Positions 54,401 through 63,349 of a stretch of 64,000 nt of DNA are shown in pieces. The stretch spans positions 14,525,920-14,589,919 of the forward strand of contig JARFYF010000050.1 of the NCBI GenBank assembly GCA_030265395.1. The letters are read 5' to 3'. This stretch comes from Rhina ancylostomus (Eukaryota). Under the pieces are notes generated by a model that saw only the letters and a list, made by a program, of their open reading frames with translations, was not told the DNA's origin and ran no database searches. The position numbers and the translations under genes were made by a program. Each line of letters opens with the position of its first letter. Position 1 is the first letter of the stretch.

Positions 54401-56958
54401 AAAAGGATCTGTAGTTTGTGGGGATGGGAATGCGGTCAATATAATTGGTTGCTCAGTCGCTCTCAAGGTTAAAAGATGGCCAATAATTATTGCCAATCGT
54501 TGTCTAATAATTAATATCCTGAAATATTACAAGAAACAAGAACCATTTTAGAAAGTTAAATATAAACAAGTAGCTTTGTAAATAATACTATCTCTGATGA
54601 TCACATCAAAATATATAATAAACTTAAATTGGATCCAAATTAATTAGGCAGTAGAAACCCCCCAATGGATGAAAATTTAGATATGAGTAACTCAGTTTGT
54701 AAGGTAGCCAAGGCCCAATTAATATGTTCATTTTTCAAGAGTAATTTGCTCAATCCCATATCGATCATTTATAAAGATTTTTGTGGCACATGCTTCATAT
54801 TAGAAATGCAGGCCTTGTTTCTGGTTTACCACAGGCAGAAACAAAAGATAACATGGTGGATTTTAAACTGCACTGGTGATGCATTGATGGATTGATTGGA
54901 CTAAAGTTCTTTTATACAGTTGCAGCCATAATGCCCATCCTTCCCTCATTGCTGGAATGGATTATTTTGCTTTTATTGCATTGTAATAAGTGGGAGCTTG
55001 CTGAATGCATCTTACCCGCTGCGTTTCATACATTGCAACATTACCACATTAAAGGATTGCAGAGTCTTCCAAAAGCTCCTGAAATGGGTGTGATAGGACT
55101 GTAGAAATAAGTATTGTTATATTGCAGGCATTTGCTCCATTTGTCGGGGTCTGTTGCAGACTATTAATAAGAGATTGATTGCGATAATTACTTAACAGCT
55201 GTCATGAATCATAATTATCAATATTCCTTTGCAAAGGATAAGGAACTTTGTTTCCAATGAAGATGTTTAGAGGCCAGCATTTGTTCATTTCTAATTGTCC
55301 TTGAGAGATAGAGGTGACCCACATTCTTGGACCACTGCAATCCACACTGCACTCCCACAGAGATGTTCAGTAGGGACTTAACAGGATTTAAATTAAGCAA
55401 GGAATAGTGATATATTTCCCAGTCAAGATGGCGTGTGACTTGAAGGGGAATCGGCCAGAGATGGTAATCTCATGCACCAACCCTTGTCCTCCTTGTTAAA
55501 AGTCACATATTTGGAAGCCTGAGCAAATTACTGGTGCATTTAGTAGATAATCTACATTGCAGCCATCATGTGCAGTTTTGGAGGGGAATGGTTGCTTAAG
55601 GTGGTACCAGTCCAGCAGGATACTTTATCCTGGATGATCTTGAGTTTCTAGACAGTTGCCAGAGATACAGAATCTTACAGCATAAAACCAGGCCCTTCAG
55701 TCCACTGTCCACATGATCCAAAAGGCACCCATATACATTAATCCTACATCATGCGCATTTTATTCTCCCAATATTCCCACCATCCCTCCAGATTCTGTCT
55801 TTCATCTACAGACGAGAGGCAATTTACAGCTGCCAGTTAACCAATTTATCCAAGCAGTTGGAGAAGTTTCCATCATACTCCTAATCTGAGCCCTGTGAAT
55901 CATGGAAGTGCTTTGGGGAATTGGGAAATGAGTTACTTGCCTTCTGACACCCAGCCTCTGTTTTACCCACAATATTTACTGTATGTGCAAGAGCAGGAGT
56001 GCTTCAGTAATGTAAACTTAGCACATTGGGAAAGGTGCAGAGGGTTGTTTTTTGATGTTTGGTTAAAAAAACAATTTACTTTATGCAAAATGTATTTTAA
56101 TATTTTTCCATGATGAGAGTAATATTAAATAATAATTGTGGATTTTGAAATGATTGTTGATTCCTTTAAAGAATTACAAAATAGACATCATATGTAGGTT
56201 ACATTGTGCAGTAAGGTAATACACAATGTATGTGCAGTGAGAATGCCAACCATTTTCAGTAAGAGTCCTGCTCCACTTGTATGTTTGACTTCAGTACACA
56301 AATCACTAAAAGTTTTTCTGTGAGTTAAAGCTGGAAGGCTAATGTGGGCAAGTAGGCTGTAACCTTCTCAACCACCTAATCTACCTATGCTGCTGCCTTC
56401 AAGGATCCTTGGACATGAACTCCAAGGTTCCTGGTATGAAATACTTCAGTCTTCCATGGGCTGTTTCTCTACCGTATATCCTTTGTAATTCCAGTCCAAG
56501 TAATTGCATGGATATTTATTGCGTAATTGGGAGTTGTGCAACTCTTAATAAAGGCACAAATAATGGAAGCTTTAAATTCTGCTGAATAACATTTTTATTG
56601 ATTAGCATGTTGGCGTTAAACTTCTATTCAACATTTAACAAATCTGTTCTGTAGAAGTTTGTTAACCAGTATATTAAAAATGGAACCAAAGAGAATTTCA
56701 CCAGTAATGAGTTTTCACATTTTGATTCACTTATAACTTGGGCTTTGGGTGTTAATAATTTTTAATGATAACAATAGTGTTCACTAATAATTAGCAAGAG
56801 CCAAAGCCCAGCACCTGCCATAGCTTTCCACTGTGCATGTGCAACAGCTTGTTCATAACACACCCTCCTATACCCTAATAGAAATTAAGGATTTGTTTTG
56901 GTTTTGGTAGATTTATTCATGCCGAGGAAGCCAGAGTGAAAAGACGAAGAAATTGTGA
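17804..56958 (+). CDS. WIPI1: WIPI1 (WD repeat domain phosphoinositide-interacting protein 1, Atg18/PROPPIN family); multi-exon gene, 5'-partial (exons 3-13)
   Basis: Eleven AG/GT-bounded exons (170, 97, 98, 93, 71, 108, 165, 108, 122, 101, 48 nt) splice into one open frame with compatible phases. The translation has the FRRG motif and WIPI1-type segments ([69 protein letters not shown]-terminus). Confidence 0.96.
18420..19060 (-). mobile_element. L2-type LINE 3' end, decayed
   Basis: Characteristic tail (aacaac..tatttatata.gcaccttt...caaaagcttggtcaaag...ttttaaggag). Confidence 0.5.
19400..19960 (+). mobile_element. Decayed CR1 3' fragment with internal (GA)12 at 19792-19815
   Basis: [16 protein letters not shown]...[27 protein letters not shown] resembles the CR1 ORF2 C-terminus; CR1-type 3' UTR follows. 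Confidence 0.75.
20100..21130 (-). mobile_element. Decayed Ty3/Gypsy integrase region
   Basis: Minus strand FH..APGM...[20 protein letters not shown] (HHCC zinc-binding remnant) and [25 protein letters not shown] (cf. FL..YRTTPHSTTG.SPAELL). Confidence 0.7.
21150..22175 (-). mobile_element. Rex1/Babar-like LINE 3' portion, interrupted by an N gap
   Basis: [24 protein letters not shown]...[12 protein letters not shown]...[13 protein letters not shown]; 3' tail at the left end. Confidence 0.85.
23300..23955 (+). mobile_element. Decayed Penelope-like element 3' end (GIY-YIG region and terminal repeat)
   Basis: [24 protein letters not shown].., then the gatgctg..ctgctg..tattccagcatttt terminal repeat. 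Confidence 0.7.
24370..24690 (+). mobile_element. DeuSINE (SacSINE1-like), decayed
   Basis: tgttggaggtgacacttttggatg...cacttcaaag..attggctg..actttggga..gaggttgtg..tataaa resembles the recalled Deu-domain SINE consensus. Confidence 0.55.
25074..25170 (+). CDS. WIPI1: WIPI1 exon 4 ([33 protein letters not shown])
   Basis: tttcccttcacag acceptor; donor CAG|GTGGGT; 97 nt. Confidence 0.95.
25805..26030 (+). repeat. Purine (GA)-rich low-complexity tract
   Basis: About 225 nt composed mostly of A and G. Confidence 0.85.
26140..26480 (+). mobile_element. DeuSINE (SacSINE1/AmnSINE1-like), decayed
   Basis: ggctgacact...ttaaacaaggaccc...aggtgggtgtaaaggatcc...gcgctatttgaa...aaaatagatt...attggcttgaag resembles the recalled Deu domain. 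Confidence 0.65.
26802..26899 (+). CDS. WIPI1: WIPI1 exon 5 ([33 protein letters not shown])
   Basis: actttacccag acceptor; donor CTG|GTGAGT; 98 nt. Confidence 0.95.
27383..27424. repeat. (CA)21 microsatellite
   Basis: Direct reading. Confidence 0.98.
28370..28462 (+). CDS. WIPI1: WIPI1 exon 6 ([31 protein letters not shown])
   Basis: ttttctcccatcag acceptor; donor AAG|GTATTC; 93 nt. Confidence 0.95.
29280..29625 (+). mobile_element. V-SINE (HE1-like) nested in an older LINE fragment (about 28980-29960, minus strand)
   Basis: cacagtggtgcagct (A box), caggttcaatcc (B box), tttgcacattct...ggtttcctcccaca V-domain, CR1-like tail. Confidence 0.75.
30110..30390 (+). mobile_element. CR1 3' fragment
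   Basis: [28 protein letters not shown]. Confidence 0.7.
30632..30702 (+). CDS. WIPI1: WIPI1 exon 7 ([24 protein letters not shown]) with the FRRG phosphoinositide-binding motif at 30683-30694
   Basis: attctgcag acceptor; donor AAG|GTAATT; 71 nt; FRRG is the PROPPIN signature. Confidence 0.96.
31790..31930 (-). mobile_element. V-SINE fragment
   Basis: Minus strand ggcaccacagtgcagcaatcagtgtcgctgcctcacagttccagagacctgggtttaatcctga. Confidence 0.65.
32541..32648 (+). CDS. WIPI1: WIPI1 exon 8 ([36 protein letters not shown])
   Basis: tttttttctgcaatag acceptor; donor AAG|GTACAG; 108 nt. Confidence 0.95.
34345..34918 (-). mobile_element. Penelope-like element 3' end with a hammerhead motif
   Basis: Pyrimidine-rich tract on the minus strand followed by CTGATGAAGGGTCTCGACACGAAAC and gatgctgcctgatccgctgagttcctccag. 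Confidence 0.75.
35440..35700 (+). mobile_element. Rex1/Babar-like LINE fragment (first copy of a local duplication)
   Basis: [27 protein letters not shown]...[12 protein letters not shown]. Confidence 0.85.
35700..36185 (-). mobile_element. Ty3/Gypsy (sushi/PEG10-like) gag zinc knuckle and protease fragment
   Basis: [37 protein letters not shown] (CX2CX4HX4C with the last C changed to Y), then in another frame [13 protein letters not shown] (aspartic protease DSG motif). Confidence 0.85.
36225..36984 (+). mobile_element. Rex1/Babar-like LINE 3' end
   Basis: [39 protein letters not shown]...GCITAWYG...[14 protein letters not shown], then a 3' UTR ending cagtgataataaa. Confidence 0.88.
36985..37197 (+). 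mobile_element. V-SINE (HE1-like), relatively young (CpG retained)
   Basis: B box GGTTCAATTCCC at 37017-37028; V-domain gtttgtacgttctcccgtg..ggtgctccggttt; A-rich tail. Confidence 0.8.
37805..38145. mobile_element. Inverted pair of Penelope terminal repeats with an unrelated spacer
   Basis: tgctggaggaactca at about 37820 is inverted relative to tgagttcctccagca at about 38080; hammerhead-like motif at 38007-38044. Confidence 0.7.
39917..40265 (-). mobile_element. CR1 3' fragment
   Basis: [37 protein letters not shown]. Confidence 0.88.
40368..40532 (+). CDS. WIPI1: WIPI1 exon 9 ([55 protein letters not shown])
   Basis: ataccag acceptor; donor TAT|GTGAGT; 165 nt. Confidence 0.95.
41323..41430 (+). 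CDS. WIPI1: WIPI1 exon 10 ([36 protein letters not shown])
   Basis: tttgctcaacag acceptor; donor CAG|GTGAGG; 108 nt. Confidence 0.95.
43163..44417. repeat. Long imperfect inverted repeat; arms 43163-43325 and 44259-44417
   Basis: atgtgaagaaccaagcaaaagagcctaat..tgtactgca...gactgtgttctattta pairs with taaatagaacacagtc...tgcagtacattaggctcttttgcttagttcttcacat. Confidence 0.85.
43945..44258 (+). mobile_element. V-SINE (HE1-like)
   Basis: ggcacagtggtgcagcagttagtgctgctgcc head; tttgcacgttctccctgtg...tttcctcccaca V-domain. Confidence 0.75.
44420..44908 (-). mobile_element. CR1 3' fragment
   Basis: [42 protein letters not shown]...WNELPEEVV. Confidence 0.92.
45827..45948 (+). CDS. WIPI1: WIPI1 exon 11 ([41 protein letters not shown])
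   Basis: ttttgttctggtttag acceptor; donor CAG|GTATCG; 122 nt; conserved YAATVA motif. Confidence 0.92.
46195..47510 (+). mobile_element. Decayed Penelope-like element (GIY-YIG region) with an inverted terminal-repeat copy at its 5' side
   Basis: [14 protein letters not shown] / [27 protein letters not shown] (GIY-YIG remnant); the repeat at 47400-47510 has an inverted partial copy at 46205-46285. Confidence 0.8.
47792..47892 (+). CDS. WIPI1: WIPI1 exon 12 ([34 protein letters not shown]); read-through gives VSIQNN* with stop at 47911-47913
   Basis: ctttcctccag acceptor; donor CCT|GTGAGC; 101 nt. Confidence 0.94.
48529..49161 (-). mobile_element. CR1 LINE 3' end, relatively intact
   Basis: 134 aa ORF: [24 protein letters not shown]...[22 protein letters not shown]. 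Confidence 0.95.
49690..50130 (+). repeat. C/A-rich degenerate tandem-like region
   Basis: Recurrent ccaac/ctgacc/cactc units with strong C-over-G skew. Confidence 0.5.
52117..52122 (+). promoter_or_regulatory. Candidate intronic polyadenylation signal (AATAAA) for the short VSIQNN* isoform
   Basis: AATAAA with two upstream TGTA motifs and T-rich downstream sequence. Confidence 0.3.
52750..53100 (+). mobile_element. V-SINE (HE1-like), decayed
   Basis: agtggcacagctgg..tgggttcaaacc..acattctccctgtgact..ttcccacccaaagacgt. Confidence 0.7.
56911..56958 (+). CDS. WIPI1: WIPI1 terminal exon 13, coding part ([15 protein letters not shown])
   Basis: tttgttttggttttggtag acceptor, phase 0; 15 aa plus TGA, same length and pattern as the recalled human C-terminus IILCRGNQKGKTKQS*. 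Confidence 0.88.
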   Translation: MYSCRGSQSEKTKKL

Positions 56959-57496
56959 GACTGAAAAAACACGATTAATATCATGAGTGAAGATAGAGAT
57001 TATAAACAGCACGATCTGAAGAATGAAGAGCCTGAAATTGGTATGCATGAATTGGAGTAATAATAACATTCTGCATTTCATGTTGTGTTTGGGGGAGAAA
57101 AAGAGCAAAACAAAACTCCAGTGAGTTAACCCTTCAGTTATTGCAGGGGATCCAAAATGGGTGTGTTACCAGGAAGAGCACATTGCTGAACTAATCAAGA
57201 TTAGCATTGCCACAATGAAAAGAATAACTACCTTTCTTTTAGTATGGATTTAAAGTTATTATTTTTAAAAGTTTTATAACACAGCATTTACTTTTGAAAA
57301 TCTCATCCAGCATATATTTTATGCTGTATATATCCTAAACATATATAAATATAGCAGTTAGTCAACTCAGGCGATGTCTCCTCTCAGCCAAGCAAGCTGC
57401 CCAGAGTGGTGGTCAAATATTTTAACATGTTAAATGAAGTTGCACAAAATTGTAATGTTCACCAAATAATGTTGTAGTAGCAGTAGTAGTAGTAAT

Positions 57497-57502
57497 AATA
57501 AA
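57497..57502 (+). promoter_or_regulatory. Candidate polyadenylation signal (AATAAA) for the exon-13 3' UTR
   Basis: AATAAA about 540 nt after the stop, in AT-rich UTR-like sequence. Confidence 0.5.
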
Positions 57503-57699
57503 GTGTTGCAATATCCATTGTCTCTAATTACTTCATCAAGTTAATGCACTTTTATTCTCTAGAGTGAGTTTACTTTTCAGACATTGCACATATTTTATAC
57601 AATATTTTGCTTTATATTTTAAATCTGGTTTATTCTACAACACCAAGCAAATGAAGCCTTGCATCTGCATAACACAAACTACATGAGATTGATCTTATT

Positions 57700-58130
57700 T
57701 AATTCTTTGATGGTACTTGGGCATTATTCTTCTGCCCACCTTCTGGGTTGGGCAGAAGGTGGTTATTAGGACAAGGTGGCTGGGTAGTTTGGAAGTTGAA
57801 GCCTTGCTTCTGCCATTTCCACTCGGCTTCTGTGAGCTCCCGATATGTGGACTTGAGCTTCCCAAATGTTCCTCCTCTATTTTGAAAGGTCACATCCAGG
57901 AATTCCCACAATGGTGGAGATGTTACACATTTTCAATGAGGCTTTGGAAACATCCTTGACTCATTTGATCTACCTGTCTTGTCCTTTCTTGCCATGACAG
58001 AGTTCAGGATGGAGTGACTGTTTTGAGAGTCTAGAGCCAGGCATGTGAAAAGCATACTTTGCCCATCGGATCTAACTCAGTTTAATTAGGGACTTAATGC
58101 TGGGAATATTGGCCTGCAAGAGGATGCATT
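57700..58130 (-). mobile_element. RTE-clade LINE 3' fragment
   Basis: Minus strand ILLQANIPSIKSLIKLS*IRWAKYAFHMPGSRLSKQSLHPELCHGK...KDVSKASLKMCNI resembles the RTE C-terminal region (LRWAGHV.RM...RLPKQ.LYSEL..GKR..KD.LKASLK). Confidence 0.8.
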
Positions 58131-59607
58131 AATTAATTTATCTTGAGGTTTCCACTATTGCAAAAGCCATTCTTCAGCCAATGTAATTTCAGGAAGCACC
58201 TAGGAGCAGCGGGTAGAGCAAAGGCTACAGGACTGGAGAACATCCCGGATGTGCTACTGAAGACCTGTGCTCTGGACATTGGCATCCACCTGACAATGTG
58301 ATAAATTGTCTGGGTATGTCCTGCTCACAACAAGCAGGACAAATCCAATCTGGCTAATTACTGCACAATCAGTAATTCAATCGTCAGCAAAATAATGGAA
58401 GTATGTCTATTCAGAGATGCTTATTAACACAGCTCAAATCAGTCATTGAGTTTCTTGCAATTTACTTTCCCAAGTACTCTAGCTACACATGTCCTTTAAA
58501 GCACAAGGTCATCTTTCTCCAATGAAGACTATGAGCCAAAGCAGAATCTCAATATACACAACTCAATTAGCAACACTTAAAGACATAAACTCTTCACGTG
58601 ACACCTGTACATTTTAAAATCCAATGAGGCAAAAAGCATACCATTCAGTTCAACTAGTTCATACCAATTCCCGCCACTGCCTGTANNNNNNNNNNNNNNN
58701 NNNNNNNNNNNNNNNNNNNNNNNNNNNNNNNNNNNNNNNNNNNNNNNNNNNNNNNNNNNNNNNNNNNNNNNNNNNNNNNNNNNNNAAATATAAAAAATAT
58801 AAATATTTTTAGACTAGAAGCATGGAATTGTTTCAGTTCATCCACTCAGTCCCATTCCCATGCTCTTTCCATGGGGTTCTATAAATTATTTTACATCGAG
58901 TACTAATCTATTTCTCCTTTGAAAGCCTTGATTGACTCTGTTTCTACCACCTTTGATTGCCTTGAAATTTGATTGCACCTTTTTTGGTGGGACCTCCCAT
59001 TTTTATTGGAAGAGGTTGCATGACGATTAACATCACTAGGTGTACATCCAATGCTGGGAAACTATAAGAAGCCGTAATGAAGATTGCGACTAGAAGTGGC
59101 AATTCATTATCATGATTGGCACGATTTCACCAAGAACTAACCACTAGCTCAATTTATCCCATGTGAATTCAACATTGTGCTAAAAACCGTGTGCAATCAA
59201 ATTTCCAAGTAATTTTGTTCAAATTATAATTATACTCTATTTGAGCCTTCTCTAATTCTTCCTCACCTAATTCTGTTTGCTCCATTCCCTTCTCAATATT
59301 TCACCACACCATTGTTCTAGGTATGGTTTCACACTGAGTGGCAAAGGATTGCTCTGTTGTGGCAAGGAAACTGCAGGTGAACATCAGCTGTCTTACCTGA
59401 ATCAACTTAAAACATACTGCATGATGGCCTTGTACTTCTCATTTAAGGTTAATTACATTTTATAAATATTTTGCAGAAAAACTATTTGCCTCTAGGACTG
59501 TAGGAAATTAAAGTGCATGCTTATAATTGGCAGAACTGGAACAGTAGATGTGAAGATATACAACTGTTACATGAAGTCTTTAAGTCTTGAAGTGTTTCTA
59601 ATTGTAT

Positions 59608-60033
59608 TGTGGCGACTTACCTTTCACGAACCGACTCCCAGGATCGTGAGCATCATCGGAGGCCCCGACACAAGATGGCACAGGGCACTCCTCCTTTGTT
59701 GGGCTAGTGGAGCCCGCGCGTGGGAAGGTCACGTGACCTGTGTGTGACGTCTGCGCGGGAACTGTGTTTATTAAAGGGGCAGCGCACCCCAGTCGTTCAT
59801 TCAACTCTTGGACTCCAAACAAGTGTCTCGTGTCNNNNNNNNNNNNNNNNNNNNNNNNNNNNNNNNNNNNNNNNNNNNNNNNNNNNNNNNNNNNNNNNNN
59901 NNNNNNNNNNNNNNNNNNNNNNNNNNNNNNNNNNCTGTGTTTATTAAAGGGGCAGCGCACCCCAGTCGTTCATTCAACTCTTGGACTCCAAACAAGTGTC
60001 TAGTGTCTTTATTCAGTGTAGCTAGCCGCTACA
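59608..60033 (-). mobile_element. Solo LTR (Gypsy-type) with 4-bp target-site duplication GTAT
   Basis: Starts TGTGGCG and ends CGCTACA; GTAT at 59604-59607 and 60034-60037; AATAAA on the minus strand; CpG-rich; internal 100-N gap with duplicated flanks. Confidence 0.85.
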
Positions 60034-60739
60034 GTATCATGTATACTAAAATTCTGCTTTTGGCTCATGGTTTGTTTGTGTAAAATATTCTATTTTAGGT
60101 TGATGACCTTCTAAAGTTATGTTCAATGTGGAAAAAGCTGGCATTAGGATCAATAACTGTGATATTGTGTTTTATTCCATTTGATTAAAAATCATTCCCA
60201 TTTGTAAGCATGCAGAGTTAAACATTTCCCTTTAAACACTTATAAAAGCTTGTAACCTTCATTTTTTTATTCCAGTCATCTGTGATGAATGTAAACAGCT
60301 TTGGAGCATGCATCAAAACAGTTCTGCAAGAAACTAATAAAATTATGAAGATTTTTGCTAAAGTTTTAACAAGCATCTCTTCAGATTACTTATTACTTGG
60401 TCAATGTGCATATGAATTTTCATTATTGCTTACGCAGTTAGTTATGTTTCCATTACTGGTTTTATAACAATGTGCAATGTAATTCCTTATCTCAGAGAGA
60501 TGTTGATGCTGAGTCTTGAGGTGTATTCAAGGCTGAGAGAGATAGCTTCCTGTTTCATGTAAACAGAACTTGAAAAGTTCATTGGTTTACCCTTAATTTC
60601 TGTCCTGCTTTCAGTTTTACAAGGTTCATCTCTCTTCACTTTCTGGATTTCTCTGCCTCATCTCAGGGGACAGCTAAGCAACTGACATCCATTACAATCC
60701 CTCAGCTATCACAACTGTACTTCTTCCTATTTTACTTCC

Positions 60740-62030
60740 TGAGAGGATTCCATTCATTTTTGCAGTTCCTCTGACTCTGCTGCATCTGTTCTAAAGATGA
60801 GACTTTCCATAAAGGTGTTGCTGAGATATACTCCTTTTTTCTTAACCATGGCTTCCCCATATACCATAGTGGACACAGCCCTTGACTGTATCTCATTTAT
60901 TTCCTGCATCTTTACTCTTATTCCCTCTTCTCCCAGCCAGAAAAATTGGTAAGGTTCCCTAGTTCTCGCCTTCCACGCCACCAGCCTTCGTGTTTAATAG
61001 ATCAGTCTTTGTGATTTCTTTTTCTACAACAAAATTACACGACCATGCACATCTTTCCCTCTTTTGGCATTCTGAAGGCACTGTTCCCTTTGTGACTCAC
61101 TGGTCTGCTCTTCCATCTTCACCAATCGCTCTCTCAACACACTTTTCCATGCAACCACACAAGAGGCAACACCTCTTCCATCTTCATCAATTCATCTTTC
61201 ACCAATTCATCTTTCACCAATTCATCTTCCATCTTCAACAACACTTCTCCCATCTTGTTCCTTCACACCATTCAGGGACTGAAACAGTCACTCCAGGTGA
61301 AGCAGCAATTCACTTGCAATTTTGATGGACATTCCTGACTTGTCCTCCTCTACAGTATAGAAACCAAACCCAGACTGAGTGACAGTTTTGCAGATACATC
61401 TGCTCATTCCGCATGTGCAACGCTGAGCTTCCAGTTTCTTGTCACTTTGATTTTCCATTCCACTCCCACTCTGCTCCCTGCCTGTTCCAACAAAACGCAA
61501 ACCTGAGCAACAGCACCTCCTCTGACACATTGCTGCCTGTGGGACTCAATATTAAATTCAACAGTTTCACACATCTTACATTTCCTGTTCGGTATCAGAA
61601 CTGGCCAGTTCGGTTGAAAAACTATCCACCTGTAATATTAAAACTTTTTTCTTTCTGTGGGCATTTCCTGCTTTCTCCAGTGGGTTTCAGGCTTCAGTAA
61701 CACCGGTTATCTGCATTTCACAGCTTTGACATTGCTCCTTTGTTTTCCATCTCTCTAACTGCTGTCATTAACCTAGCAACCAGATAGTTCAGTAAACATT
61801 GTGATCACCTGGGTATTCCTCGCTTCACCCTTTGACCTCGCCATCCTTCCCCACACTCTCTGCAACCTAATACCGACTTGTTATCACACCTTTCAAGTTC
61901 TAATGAAATGTCCTCAACCTGAAACATAACTTTTTTTTCTTTTTTCCACAGATGCTGTCTAACCTCTTGAGTGTTTCCAGCTTTTTCTGGTTTTAGATTT
62001 CCAGCATCTGCAGTTTTGTAATTTTCAGTT
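60740..62030 (+). mobile_element. Decayed Penelope-like element 3' half, with a 15-bp tandem repeat at about 61180-61235
   Basis: ccaggtgaagcagcaattcacttgc and gacagttttgcagatacatctg (GIY-YIG region), ending in the gatgctg..ttccagcatctgcag terminal repeat; similar to 46330-47510. Confidence 0.7.
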
Positions 62031-63349
62031 ATCTCAGGTTGATAGATTGTTGGACCACAATCAAAAGCTGTGGGAATCAGGCAGGAAAGTAAAGGCCAGG
62101 ATGAGATCAGCTATGATCTTATTGAATAGCAGAGTAATAGGGTAGTGTTGCTTCTATTTTTAATGTTCTCATATCCACAAGTTTCCTTAAAGCATTTGTA
62201 ATGAATTATTTGAAATATGCAGCAACTGTTTTTGTCCAGGTAAATACAAGAGGCAATTTGTGTTCAGCAGCTGAACTCTCACAGAAGCAAATCCCTTAAA
62301 GGACTAGTGGCAGTGGCTGAGTGAGCAACAATGGACAGCAAAAATGGGGAAATCTCCTGCAAACAATATCATAGATTGTTTATGTCAACATGTGCAAGTG
62401 AAAGGGTCTTATATTTAACATTAGCTGCTAACTGGTGCAATCGAACTGACCTTCCAATCTGACAGCAATTTTGAGCAGTAGAATTCACAGGAAGCAAGAT
62501 CCTGTGAAGATCAAAGATCCCCTAACCTGCTGAAATTATATGTTTCCTTTCCTTCAAGTATTATCACTCTCCTTAAATCTGTGTCCATTATTCCCACAGT
62601 TCTTTGAATTTATTCTCGATTATACCATTGCTGTGGCATTGAAACAGGCCTAATCGAAGTGACATCATTTGTACCTGTGCCCAGAGTGTATGATGCTTTC
62701 TGGCTTTCTCTGATTTCTTTGGTTTTGTCAAACATACTTCTCCTTCAGTATCTCTTGGCAAACTAAAATTGGATCCTTTTTTTTGCCAGTGTAATGCTAT
62801 GAATCTTTAAGAACTATATGTATAGTTAATGCTTGATTTACAAAAGGGATAAACTTTTGCTAGGTACAGTGTCATAAATTGAAATGGCTGGGTAAATTCT
62901 TTATGAATGTTTCAGAAAAATGTTATTATCAATTTAAGAATAAATTCATTGATGTCCAAGGGTCAGGGATGGGGGAGGATTCAAAGCTGTATGATGCAAA
63001 TGAAGCCATGCAACCATTTAGGATAGAGGTGAGGTTTAGTGAATGAATGAGGGCATGAGGAGGGAGTGGGTTATCCTATTCCAGAAGGAAATTGGGGCTA
63101 CAAGGTATGTCACATACAGTATATACCAGAGGGCTCCCACAAGCCCATGTGGCAGTCAGTATTGGAGAGCATCTTTGAGAGAACCTTTATCAACTCAGAG
63201 TGCAGATTGATATGCCAATGTGCAAAAATAAAATCTTAACTTCCAGGAGAATTAGTAGATTGACCATCACATCATTCTGCCACCTCTAAGGGTAGTAAAA
63301 GCACATCATCAGTTCAATGCATGCAGGTTAAAAACACTTGTGTTGGATT

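Noticed and set aside
17804-56958. Alternative call as WIPI2
   Set aside because: Diagnostic segments ([52 protein letters not shown] tail) match WIPI1 as I recall it, not WIPI2 (LKVCHFKKG, FRRGVKRCV).
59762-60007. Apparent internal direct repeat within the LTR
   Set aside because: Near-identical sequence flanks a 100-N gap; most likely unmerged contig overlap.
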